Positions 16,457-24,615 of a stretch of 60,042 nucleotides of DNA are shown here, piece after piece. Under the pieces are notes generated by a model that saw only the letters and a list, made by a program, of their open reading frames with translations, was not told where the DNA came from and did not search any database. The DNA is from a virus, in the IMG/VR virus record IMGVR_UViG_3300000301_000017, positions 1 to 60,042 of that record. One strand, 5' to 3'. Both the position numbers and the translations under genes were made by a program. Position 1 is the stretch's first letter. Each line of letters starts with the position of its first letter.

Positions 16457-17143
16457 ATGATTAAAATCGAAAACTTTAAAGCTTGTGGATTTAGACAAGC
16501 TATTCGCGGGATGCGGAATTCTTATAATAGCTGGGATAAAAGCGATTCTTGCTCTGTAGGCATTGGGCCTGATGATTACAAGTTGATGTTAAAGCTTGCA
16601 AAGAGTGGCGCGTCGCACTCAAAGTACCGGCGCATGATTGTAGTGTACGCAGATGTAACGGCCCCACTGTATTGGTGGAAGGAAATGGACACGTACAAGG
16701 TGGGAACCGTTTCCAATTCATGCAGTACAATGCATACGATTGCTTCGAAAGAATTTACTTTGAAAGATTTTAGCCATGAACATTTAACGCATTTTGTGCA
16801 TGACGGTGAACTTTGCAGAGATTGGCTTGGAGACTTAGAAGATGTAATTGATGAGCTGAACTTTGCAAGAACTATGTACTTAGAAACCAAAGACAAAATG
16901 TATTGGTGGCAAATCATTCAGCTGCTTCCTAGCTCGTACAACCAGCGACGCACGCTTATGCTCAATTACGAAGTGTTATCGAAAATATACAAAGAACGCA
17001 AAAACCACAAACTCGATGAGTGGGTTCTTTTTTGTGGATGGATTGAAGGATTACCGAGTTCGCAGCTGATTACTTTGGAGAGCCCGAAGAGCGACACAAT
17101 AGATCTAGAATGGACAAACGGTTCAATTGAAACGGAAGGATAA
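16457..17143 (+). CDS. ThyX-fold protein (flavin-dependent thymidylate synthase-like) lacking the RHR..S signature
   Basis: SGASHSKYRRMIVVYADVTAPLYWWKEMDTYKVGTVSNSCSTMH aligns with ThyX HGHE.PFEH..F.F.V.AP.F...Q..RHR..S.....S.RY. The catalytic RHR position reads TYK. Confidence 0.5.
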   Translation: MIKIENFKACGFRQAIRGMRNSYNSWDKSDSCSVGIGPDDYKLMLKLAKSGASHSKYRRMIVVYADVTAPLYWWKEMDTYKVGTVSNSCSTMHTIASKEFTLKDFSHEHLTHFVHDGELCRDWLGDLEDVIDELNFARTMYLETKDKMYWWQIIQLLPSSYNQRRTLMLNYEVLSKIYKERKNHKLDEWVLFCGWIEGLPSSQLITLESPKSDTIDLEWTNGSIETEG

Positions 17144-17178
17144 ACTGATTTTGCTTTAAAAGATGGAGGGAACTTTGA

Positions 17179-17601
17179 ATGATAAAAGTAAAGGAAATCG
17201 AAATAGGAAAAACGTTCTGGGCCGCCGGAATTGAGTGGATGGTGTTGGATCAATGTCGGGACAATACGTATGCAATATCAAATAAAACTGTACGGTTCTT
17301 GCCGCCCCCAAATCCTTATATCGGAGTTAGACCGACAATTTTTATTTGCAATGAAGCGCTTGTTTATGAATCTGATGAAGAAGAAAAAAGCGTTGGAGGC
17401 TGTCCGAAGATGACAAAAGCAGACAAGATCAGGAGCATGAATAATGACGAGCTTGCGCGCTTTATTTACATTCACACGGATTGCAATCCCTATTCATGTC
17501 CTGCTTTTAATCTTTGCGTTGTACACAAAAACAAAGAAACGTGCATCAAAACGGTTCTTGAATGGCTAGATACGGAGGTTAACGATGACAGTTTACGATA
17601 A
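17179..17601 (+). CDS. DUF6273-like N-terminus plus a small Cys-containing C-terminal module
   Basis: GKTFWAAGIEWMVLD...IGVRPTIFI is followed by ADKIRSMNNDELARFIYIHTDCNPYSCPAFNLC. Confidence 0.45.
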   Translation: MIKVKEIEIGKTFWAAGIEWMVLDQCRDNTYAISNKTVRFLPPPNPYIGVRPTIFICNEALVYESDEEEKSVGGCPKMTKADKIRSMNNDELARFIYIHTDCNPYSCPAFNLCVVHKNKETCIKTVLEWLDTEVNDDSLR

Positions 17602-17791
17602 GATTAAATCAATGAGCAAAAAAGGGCTTATAGGTAACGATAAGGTAGTGATGATGAGTAAAAGAGAGCTTGCGGTTGCATTGCTTATTTCGGAGGCAGG
17701 AAGGCTTGGAATAACAGACTCAGTTGAGATTATGAAATATGTAGATACCAGAATTAGCAAAATGATGGGCACTTTGAACCAAGAGGTATAA
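17585..17791 (+). CDS. Hypothetical protein
   Basis: The ORF overlaps the upstream stop. Confidence 0.35.
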   Translation: MTVYDKIKSMSKKGLIGNDKVVMMSKRELAVALLISEAGRLGITDSVEIMKYVDTRISKMMGTLNQEV

Positions 17792-17792
17792 G

Positions 17793-17963
17793 ATGACGAA
17801 CGGAGACAAAATCAGAAACATGACCGACGAAGAACTCGCGAAATTCATGATGGCGTGGGTTTCCCCTAAATCGTGCAAAGAGTTTTGGGATGCATTTTTG
17901 AAAAAAAAGGCGGACGATATTTGGTGGGAAGTCCTTTTGAAGGGGGAAGACGAAGATGACTAA
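17793..17963 (+). CDS. Small protein with a GDKIRNMTDEELAKF module
   Basis: It is a paralogue of the C-terminus of 17179..17601 and of 18101..18289. Confidence 0.45.
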   Translation: MTNGDKIRNMTDEELAKFMMAWVSPKSCKEFWDAFLKKKADDIWWEVLLKGEDEDD

Positions 17964-18141
17964 CTTTATTTTAACAGTTGTGATCTCCGCTGTGATTGCA
18001 AGCTTCTTAGGGATTCTGGGAATCAAAATTTTTGCTTGGATTAAAACGTGGATATTAGTAAAAAGAACGTTCCACGATTTTAAAAAGGAGATGGACAAAA
18101 ATGACCAACGGAGAAAAGATCAGAAGAATGACCGACGATGA
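17956..18141 (+). CDS. Small single-pass membrane protein
   Basis: A hydrophobic N-terminus is followed by a basic tail. Confidence 0.35.
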   Translation: MTNFILTVVISAVIASFLGILGIKIFAWIKTWILVKRTFHDFKKEMDKNDQRRKDQKNDRR

Positions 18142-18289
18142 GCTTGCTCACTTTATTCGCATTCACACGGATTGCGTGCTGCTCTCTTCGTGCCCTGCTT
18201 ATAATAATTGCGCGGAATACAAAGGCGAAAAAACGTGCTTCGAAGCTATTGTTGAGTGGCTTAAACAGGAGTGTGAAAATAATGCCTAA
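18101..18289 (+). CDS. Small protein with a GEKIRRMTDDELAHF...C..C module
   Basis: This is the third paralogue of the module. Confidence 0.45.
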   Translation: MTNGEKIRRMTDDELAHFIRIHTDCVLLSSCPAYNNCAEYKGEKTCFEAIVEWLKQECENNA

Positions 18290-18479
18290 CATAAGAATTG
18301 ATCGCACAAGTTCTATGGAATGCAAATTGGGACGGACCTTAGATTTAGATGGAAATTATTAGAATGTTATTGCGTATAAAGGAGGACACGAAAAATGGGT
18401 AAAGAGAATACCGTGATAGGAAACAAAGAATAGGGACGATTGAAAGCAATCTGAACAACGACGCACAAGGAGAATACAA

Positions 18480-18683
18480 ATGAAAATCATTATTACTGAC
18501 GAAAACATTGAACTTATTGAAGCCAGTGCGGAAGAAGCAGCCGTTTCAATTTCCGTTCTGGTTAACACAATACGAGGCATCATGCATTCAAAGGGAAATC
18601 CAGTAATGATAGATAATATTTTAAAGAAGATTTTCATAGCGGCCGTGGATGCGGGCTTCAAGATGGAGGAAATCGAGCCATGA
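18480..18683 (+). CDS. Hypothetical protein
   Basis: The ORF has an AGGAGAA RBS. Confidence 0.4.
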   Translation: MKIIITDENIELIEASAEEAAVSISVLVNTIRGIMHSKGNPVMIDNILKKIFIAAVDAGFKMEEIEP

Positions 18684-18970
18684 AAGCGAGAGTGCCAGTC
18701 AGCCGCAACGTCAGGCGAAAAATTCGAGATGAAGTAAAAAAGGAATTGGACTCGGAAGGTGAAGCGCGCACGCGTCGGCATATGAAGCTGTTCGCGGTGG
18801 CGCTGCACGAAGAAGGGTATGGTCCGATGCGAATCTGCCGGGTAATCGATTGCGTTTCAAGGTTGTGCGACGAGGAACGCGAAGATGAAATCTTTTGGTA
18901 CCACGTGGATCGCTTGCTGATCGAGCAGCTCGGGATCCCGTTTGACAGAGAAGAATATGATGAAATTTGA
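18680..18970 (+). CDS. Hypothetical protein
   Basis: The ORF is ATGA-coupled. Confidence 0.4.
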   Translation: MKARVPVSRNVRRKIRDEVKKELDSEGEARTRRHMKLFAVALHEEGYGPMRICRVIDCVSRLCDEEREDEIFWYHVDRLLIEQLGIPFDREEYDEI

Positions 18971-19218
18971 TTGAAACGGGGAGGGATTGGCTCTTGGATA
19001 TCACGAAGCGCCGACTGCGAAAAATTGCAGAGGCCGAAATGCTCATGGGTATGTACATAAAGACTTGCCCGCGCTGCGGGGGAAAACACATCTTGCTGCA
19101 GCAGGCAGAGTACGGAGATCGGCCGAGTTATTTTGTCGGATGCAACGATTGTGGATTGGTTCGAGGGCCAGCCAAAACCGTGAAAAAGGCCGTGAAGGCT
19201 TGGAACAGGAATGCATAG
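18967..19218 (+). CDS. Lar-family restriction-alleviation-like zinc-ribbon protein
   Basis: CPRCGGKHILL...YFVGCNDCGL...AVKAWNRNA matches the Lar-type pattern. The true start may be ATG 19039. Confidence 0.5.
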   Translation: MIETGRDWLLDITKRRLRKIAEAEMLMGMYIKTCPRCGGKHILLQQAEYGDRPSYFVGCNDCGLVRGPAKTVKKAVKAWNRNA

Positions 19219-19231
19219 GGGAGGCGTGGCA

Positions 19232-19450
19232 ATGGCATATTCAGAAGCAAACGAAGAGCGTGGACCATTGCTGCACGCAAATCCGTATGGCTATCGCGTA
19301 AATATAAACCACCCATCCATAAATCCGTTGTATAGACGGTACAAGGCGTGGAGGGAAATTCCAGATACGTGCCCGTTATCTGATGGGGAGCGAAAAGAAT
19401 TTGAGGCGTACCTGCTCCCAAAGTTTCAGAAAAAGGAGAGAGCGAAATGA
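19232..19450 (+). CDS. Hypothetical protein
   Basis: The ORF has a GGGGAGG RBS. Confidence 0.35.
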   Translation: MAYSEANEERGPLLHANPYGYRVNINHPSINPLYRRYKAWREIPDTCPLSDGERKEFEAYLLPKFQKKERAK

Positions 19451-19659
19451 GCGTAAAAGACTGTCAGACGTGCGGATTTCATACGGTGATCGAAGGCGTC
19501 GAAAACGTATGTCAGTATTGCTTGCTGGCTGGGCAGCCGCGCGGATGCAAAGCGGGGATAGGCTGCACGCGCTGGGCAGATCCGGAGGAAGTAAAGAAAA
19601 TTCTGAGAAAAGTCCGGACGCCTGTCCCGAAGAAATCGGATTCGAAGATGGGCGCATGA
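19447..19659 (+). CDS. Small Cys-rich protein
   Basis: CQTCG...CQYC...C...C, ATGA-coupled. Confidence 0.4.
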   Translation: MSVKDCQTCGFHTVIEGVENVCQYCLLAGQPRGCKAGIGCTRWADPEEVKKILRKVRTPVPKKSDSKMGA

Positions 19660-20093
19660 GGAGTATTCGATTTTGTGTCCCCGGAACGCCTCGGGGAAAA
19701 GAGCGAGCAAGGACTGTACACGTCGACGGCCGCGTCATGACGTTTACGCCTGGACAAACGGTTGCCTACGAGGACCGGGTGCGAGGCGCGTTTTTGAAAG
19801 CTGGTGGAGGAACTTGGACAAAAGTGGACACTCCACTGTGTATCCAAATTTTAGCCAAGTATCCGGTACCAAAAAGTGTGAGTAAAAAGCGCAGGGCGGC
19901 GATGCTCTCCGGCCGGCTGTTTCCTACAAAAAAGCCGGACTGGGACAACGTAGGGAAGATCATCTGCGACGCGCTCAACGGCATCGCGTATCACGACGAT
20001 GCGCAGATTGTGTTTGCTGCAGTATCAAAGTCGTACACAGAGGGCGAAGGGTGTGTAGAAGTCACCCTTACAGCACTTGAGAAAGGGGCGTGA
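19656..20093 (+). CDS. rusA: RusA-family Holliday junction resolvase
   Basis: PGTPRGKERAR ... KKPDWDNVGKIICDALNGIAYHDDAQI is the RusA signature. Confidence 0.85.
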   Translation: MRSIRFCVPGTPRGKERARTVHVDGRVMTFTPGQTVAYEDRVRGAFLKAGGGTWTKVDTPLCIQILAKYPVPKSVSKKRRAAMLSGRLFPTKKPDWDNVGKIICDALNGIAYHDDAQIVFAAVSKSYTEGEGCVEVTLTALEKGA

Positions 20094-20097
20094 ATAG

Positions 20098-20205
20098 ATG
20101 GACTTAACGAGGTGCCTGCTGCTGATTATGAGCTCCGCTGTGTTTGGCGCAGCGGTGTGGGAGCTCGTCAGGAGCATCTATCGGTGGGCAAAACATAAAG
20201 GATGA
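20098..20205 (+). CDS. 35-aa hydrophobic peptide
   Basis: Short ORF MDLTRCLLLIMSSAVFGAAVWELV. Confidence 0.25.
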   Translation: MDLTRCLLLIMSSAVFGAAVWELVRSIYRWAKHKG

Positions 20206-20230
20206 TGGCATAGAAAGGGGAGAATGCGAT

Positions 20231-20740
20231 ATGGAGGCGATGACGCCCCAAGAAATTAAAAAGCTTCTGCAAAAGTACTATGATCTTCCGGCAATGATTG
20301 CGGAGGAGCAGGAACTTTTGGAGGAGCTGAAAAAAGAAGAGGGCGCCGTCTCTGTAGCGTCCCCGAGCTTGTCAGGTATGCCGCAGCCAAAGGGCTCCAC
20401 GTCGGATCCTGTGGCGCGCGCAGCGGAGCATGAGGACAAGCGTCTCGAGCATGAAATGGATGCCTGCCGGCGACGCATCTCGCACTACCGCGAGGAGCGT
20501 GCCTTTTGCACAGTCGCACTGGCCACGCTGGGGCGCGCACAGCGCCGCATATTGGAGCTTGCGTACTTAGGGCCGAAGGATCCGCAAAAGCGAAGGACAT
20601 GGGTCCGTCGGCCGTACTGGAAAGAGATTGCGTCCGAGGTCGGATACAGCGAAAGTCAGACGTACACGATCGCCAGGCAGGCCCTGCAGGAACTGTCAGA
20701 TTTGTCCCCGCAGGAAGTCTTCGAATGGGAAAGCTTGTAA
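20231..20740 (+). CDS. Late-gene transcriptional regulator with a sigma-70 region-4-like HTH (ArpU/RinA-type position)
   Basis: RRILELAYLG....WKEIASEVGYSESQTYTIARQALQEL. It is the last gene before the packaging module. Confidence 0.5.
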   Translation: MEAMTPQEIKKLLQKYYDLPAMIAEEQELLEELKKEEGAVSVASPSLSGMPQPKGSTSDPVARAAEHEDKRLEHEMDACRRRISHYREERAFCTVALATLGRAQRRILELAYLGPKDPQKRRTWVRRPYWKEIASEVGYSESQTYTIARQALQELSDLSPQEVFEWESL

Positions 20741-20830
20741 TTCCGTAGTTTTTCGGAGCGATTCGGAGTGCACAAGCGCTTGGATTGTGGTATGCTTTCT
20801 GTAGATTACAAGGGATTCTCCTTTCGATAT
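20741..20830 (+). repeat. Repeated non-coding element, copy A (TCCGTAG.. / TTCGGAGTGCAC)
   Basis: It resembles 21531..21620. Confidence 0.5.
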
Positions 20831-20981
20831 TGCTTTTATTTCTCATTAATCCTTTCTTAAAAGAGGCAGCGGCTCTGCACGGGATCCGCTGCTTCTTCAT
20901 TTTCATTTATCCTTGACAACTTGGAGTAATTGTGCTGTTATTGTAATATCAAAAGCTCAAAAGCGATAAAGGAGACCCATT

Positions 20982-21482
20982 ATGGAATTCAAAACTTTAA
21001 CGGTTGGAGAAAAGATTTGTGAGCCGAGCCAGGACATGATGCAGTTTGATATTCAGGATAGTGGCGGAATTCTGTGGGCGAAATATAGAAAGCCGACGGC
21101 AAAAGAGATCCGAAATTTTAAGAATGGAGTTCCGCAGTTTAGATATGTTGTGATTGATGGAGTTATCTATTTCTTGTGCCGCTTTGGAACTGGGAATTGG
21201 ATGGAGGCTCCGTTTCATCAGGAAGCTTCGTTCGCGTCAAAGCTTCCAAATCCGCCGGAAGGGCAGGGCATGGCTCTTCATGTGCTCCTGGTCGACGCTT
21301 CTACGGGTATTTTGCGCGTGCAAAAGATCATCGGATTGAGCACGCATTTTACGAAAGAGCTCGTGCAGGACATCCTAAATCAGCCGATCATGTCAATCCA
21401 AGACTATTATGCAGCGGTTGAACGAGCGCATGCAAAATATTCAGTCAATATGATGGTTGAGATGGCGGCACACGCAAATTAA
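20982..21482 (+). CDS. Hypothetical 166-aa protein in a moron-like unit
   Basis: TTGACA lies at about 20913 upstream, an AAAGGAG RBS precedes the ORF, and a terminator follows directly. Confidence 0.55.
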   Translation: MEFKTLTVGEKICEPSQDMMQFDIQDSGGILWAKYRKPTAKEIRNFKNGVPQFRYVVIDGVIYFLCRFGTGNWMEAPFHQEASFASKLPNPPEGQGMALHVLLVDASTGILRVQKIIGLSTHFTKELVQDILNQPIMSIQDYYAAVERAHAKYSVNMMVEMAAHAN

Positions 21483-21487
21483 GAAAA

Positions 21488-21519
21488 GGGCCGGGCTAAA
21501 AAATCAGCCTGGCCCTTTT
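21488..21519 (+). terminator. Rho-independent terminator
   Basis: gggccgggct pairs with agcctggccc and is followed by TTTT. Confidence 0.7.
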
Positions 21520-21530
21520 GACTATCAAAA

Positions 21531-21620
21531 TCCGTAGTTATCCGTAGATTTTGGGAGACTTCCGAAGCGTTTCGGTGTGCACCGCACATAAAAACGTCGT
21601 ACACTATACTTAGGGAATTT
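21531..21620 (+). repeat. Repeated non-coding element, copy B
   Basis: tccgtagtta tccgtagatt ... ttcggtgtgcac. Confidence 0.5.
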
Positions 21621-21677
21621 TTAAAAAGGACCGCCGAATGGATTCGGCCTGTGCGGGTCTCTGCAAAGGAGATCAGC

Positions 21678-22418
21678 ATGGAGTACACAGATCAAATTTA
21701 CAATGAAGATTGCATTGCGGGCATGTCCCGCATCGCAGACGGCAGCGTAGATATGATCTTGACGGACCTTCCGTACGGGATCACCGGCTGCCGGTGGGAT
21801 AGCCTCCTGCCATTTGACAAGCTGTGGGCGCAGTATCTGCGCGTGGTCAAAAGCAACGGGGCAATCTGTTTGACGGCGTGTCAGCCGTTTACGACGCGGC
21901 TGATTGCAAGTCAGCCGAAACTGTTCCGGTACTGCTGGTACTGGTGCAAGAACATGGTGACCGGGTTTGCGAACGCCAAGAAAATGCCGCTGAGGTGCAT
22001 CGAAGAGGTGTGCGTGTTTTACAAGCGCCTACCAACGTATCACCCGCAGGGGATTGTCGTACTGGATAAGCCCATCAAGCGCCGCGGGAAGCATATGCCG
22101 ACGCATGGAGACAGCGTCTACAATATGGACGGCGGACTCTCACACGATACGCAAACCTGCGTTGTGCATTATCCTAGGCAGTTGCTCGAGATCAAGTGCG
22201 AGCGAGGCTTGCACCCGACGCAAAAGCCCGTGGAACTGTTTGCGTACCTGGTCAAAACATATACGGATCCAGGATCGCTGGTGCTGGACAGCTGCATCGG
22301 CAGCGGGACGACCGCTGTGGCGTGCATTCAGACAGGCCGCCATTACGTGGGATTTGAGATGGATCCGCAGCACTACCAGACAGCATTAAATCGCATACAA
22401 GGCATACAAGACATATAG
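21678..22418 (+). CDS. Beta-class N6-adenine/N4-cytosine DNA methyltransferase
   Basis: N-terminal motif IV variant ILTDLPYG and C-terminal motif I VLDSCIGSGTTAVAC. Confidence 0.8.
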   Translation: MEYTDQIYNEDCIAGMSRIADGSVDMILTDLPYGITGCRWDSLLPFDKLWAQYLRVVKSNGAICLTACQPFTTRLIASQPKLFRYCWYWCKNMVTGFANAKKMPLRCIEEVCVFYKRLPTYHPQGIVVLDKPIKRRGKHMPTHGDSVYNMDGGLSHDTQTCVVHYPRQLLEIKCERGLHPTQKPVELFAYLVKTYTDPGSLVLDSCIGSGTTAVACIQTGRHYVGFEMDPQHYQTALNRIQGIQDI

Positions 22419-22445
22419 GTTTTCATTTTTGTATCCTCCTGACAA

Positions 22446-22512
22446 TAGCCCTTTGCGAGGGACGCGCGCCACTTCCGATAAGGAAGGGGACAGCGAAACC
22501 CGCAAAGGGCTA
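22446..22512 (+). other. Long stem-loop (terminator or structured element) between the methyltransferase and the packaging genes
   Basis: tagccctttgcg (22446..22457) is perfectly complementary to cgcaaagggcta (22501..22512). It contains an inner cttcc/ggaag hairpin and is followed by cttttat. Confidence 0.45.
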
Positions 22513-22624
22513 CTTTTATGAGACGTGGCGGCGCGTGCGGCGCCGGCCTTCCGGGGCAGATCCGGGACGTTCCAAGCGCCGGCAGTCGTAGTACTGCTTT
22601 TTATACTCTAACGGAGGTGGAAAC

Positions 22625-22822
22625 GTGGCACTCTATCAATCAGCCAAAGAAGCACAGGAAGCGGCAGATCTATTGAAACAAAAGCTGATCGCAATGCCTA
22701 AAAGGGGATGTCAGGCGCAGCGTCAGCGTCTGGAGGATATGTGCCGCGACGCGCAGCTGCAGGCAAATGTGCTGTACCTGATGGCGCGCGGGAAGCCTCC
22801 GGACGGGGGCGGTGAGACATAG
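22625..22822 (+). CDS. Hypothetical small protein (GTG start)
   Basis: The ORF has a GGAGGTGG RBS. Confidence 0.4.
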   Translation: MALYQSAKEAQEAADLLKQKLIAMPKRGCQAQRQRLEDMCRDAQLQANVLYLMARGKPPDGGGET

Positions 22823-23325
22823 TGGAAAACTTTGATGAGCGGTATGCGAAGCTCGCAGAGAAGGAAAAGCGGTTTATCGATTATTGGCTTGAAACCGGCA
22901 ATGCAACGGAAGCGGCCCGCAGGGCGGGATACACAGCAAAAACAGAATCCACGATGCGCTCCATTGGAAGCAACAACCTGACCAAGCTTGCGAAGTACAT
23001 CCAGCCGCTGCTCGAAAAGCGCGCAAACGAGCGCGTCGCTTCGGCGGACGAAGTACTGGAAACATTGACTCGCGTTTTACGCAGGAAGGAAGAAGAAACA
23101 GTCGTTGTAACCTGCAGGACACGGAAAACGTATCTCGACGAGACTGGCCGCCGTGTGACAGAAGAAAAAGAAGAGCCGGTTATCGTAAAGACAGACACGC
23201 CGGTACGAGAGGTAAACAAGGCGGCGGAATTGCTAGGGAAGCGATACAATCTCTTTACGGACAAGCTGCAAGTGCAGGAAATCACACCGGTGGTGATCGA
23301 TGGTGCAGATGACCTCAAAGACTGA
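22822..23325 (+). CDS. terS: Terminase small subunit
   Basis: RFIDYWLETGNATEAARRAGYTAKT is the typical terS HTH. It lies immediately upstream of terL. Confidence 0.85.
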   Translation: MENFDERYAKLAEKEKRFIDYWLETGNATEAARRAGYTAKTESTMRSIGSNNLTKLAKYIQPLLEKRANERVASADEVLETLTRVLRRKEEETVVVTCRTRKTYLDETGRRVTEEKEEPVIVKTDTPVREVNKAAELLGKRYNLFTDKLQVQEITPVVIDGADDLKD

Positions 23326-23709
23326 GCGCGTCTATTTGCCGGAAGTAGTCGGCAAAGGGTACGGCGCGTTTTGGCGTTGCCAAAAGCGCTATCGTGTCGT
23401 GAAAGGTTCCCGCGCCAGCAAGAAGAGCAAGACGACCGCTTTGAACATAATCTACCGCATGATGCAGTACCCGCAGTCCAACACGCTCGTCGTGCGCAAG
23501 GTTTTTCGAACGCTCAAGGACAGCTGCTACACAGAGCTCAAGTGGGCCATACATCGACTGCACGTTGAGGCGTGGTGGCAGTGCAAAGAATCGCCGCTCG
23601 AAATGACGTATCTTCCGACCGGCCAGAAAATCTACTTCCGCGGGCTTGATGATCCGCTGAAGATCACGTCCATTACGGTGGACGTCGGTTATCTGTGCTG
23701 GGCGTGGAT
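23300..23709 (+). CDS. terL: Terminase large subunit, exon 1 (ATPase N-terminal part with Walker A-like GSRASKKSKT)
   Basis: The reading frame runs into a stop 6 codons after ...LCWAW. Joining at 23709/24497 restores the Walker B motif WIEEAYE. Confidence 0.8.
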
Positions 23710-24496
23710 TAACTTTGGTTCACGTTAAATTCCTCTAATTTCTGGGACACCCTGAAAAGGGCAATCAGAAGCGAAGCAGCAAAGGACGTTGTCTTATGGA
23801 GATTTGGAAGCCGATAAAAGGTTTTGAAGGATTTTATCAAGTCAGCAACAAGGGAAATGTAAAAAGTTTAGGTGGATGGTGTGGAAGTTCATTACATAAA
23901 GAACACACACTTTCCAAAAGCATTACTCGTGATGGATATGAGAAAGTAAGACTGAACTGGGATGGAAAAGATGTTACTGTAAAAGTGCATCGCCTTGTTG
24001 CAGAAGCATTTATTGAAAATCCTCTCCAAAAGAACACCGTAAACCACATTGACGGAAACAAACGAAACAACTGTGTCGAAAATCTAGAATGGTGCGACAG
24101 AAGCGAACAAATGCTTCACGCATATAAGTTGGGGCTCAAGAAGGCGGCAAAAGGGACTCGCAATCGTAACGCCAAATTAACAGATGAAGATGTAAAAGAA
24201 ATCAGAAGGGTGTATGTAAAATACAGTCGAGAATTTGGTACAGTGGCCCTTGGAAAGAAATACGGAGTAACAAACCGTGTGATAGATAATGTGGTTCTAG
24301 GAAAGTCTTATTGCTGAACGTTCAACGACTATCGAAAGCAAGGAACGGTTATCACGCTTTTTGTAAGTAGAGTAGGGCGCAAGGGCGCTCGAAACGGGGA
24401 AAGCCACCAGTGGCTAAGATATAGTCTGAACTGCATGGTAACATGCAGAGAAAAGTCTCATAGGGAAACCGAACCGGACTTTTCGTAACACAATTG
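23710..24496 (+). mobile_element. Group I intron 1 in terL, carrying an HNH homing endonuclease ORF
   Basis: P1 forms between exon GUGGAU (splice-site U.G) and intron GUUCAC (23718..23723). The terminal G is at 24496 in caattg. The core contains agatatagtctgaac, a group-I-like sequence. Confidence 0.75.
23796..24317 (+). CDS. HNH homing endonuclease (NUMOD4 plus HNH_3 type)
   Basis: EIWKPIKGFEGFYQVSNKGNV (NUMOD4) and VNHIDGNKRNNCVENLEW (HNH). Confidence 0.85.
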   Translation: MEIWKPIKGFEGFYQVSNKGNVKSLGGWCGSSLHKEHTLSKSITRDGYEKVRLNWDGKDVTVKVHRLVAEAFIENPLQKNTVNHIDGNKRNNCVENLEWCDRSEQMLHAYKLGLKKAAKGTRNRNAKLTDEDVKEIRRVYVKYSREFGTVALGKKYGVTNRVIDNVVLGKSYC

Positions 24497-24615
24497 AGAA
24501 GAAGCTTATGAAATCGGCGACGAATCGGATTTTGACATGCTCGACGAGTCTATCCGTGGCGCGCTTCCGCCAGAGACAGGACTATTTAAACAGGTGACGC
24601 TCACATTTAATCCGT
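24497..24615 (+). CDS. terL: Terminase large subunit, exon 2
   Basis: It encodes (I)EEAYEIGDESDFDMLDESIRGALPPETGLFKQVTLTFNP(W). Confidence 0.75.
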
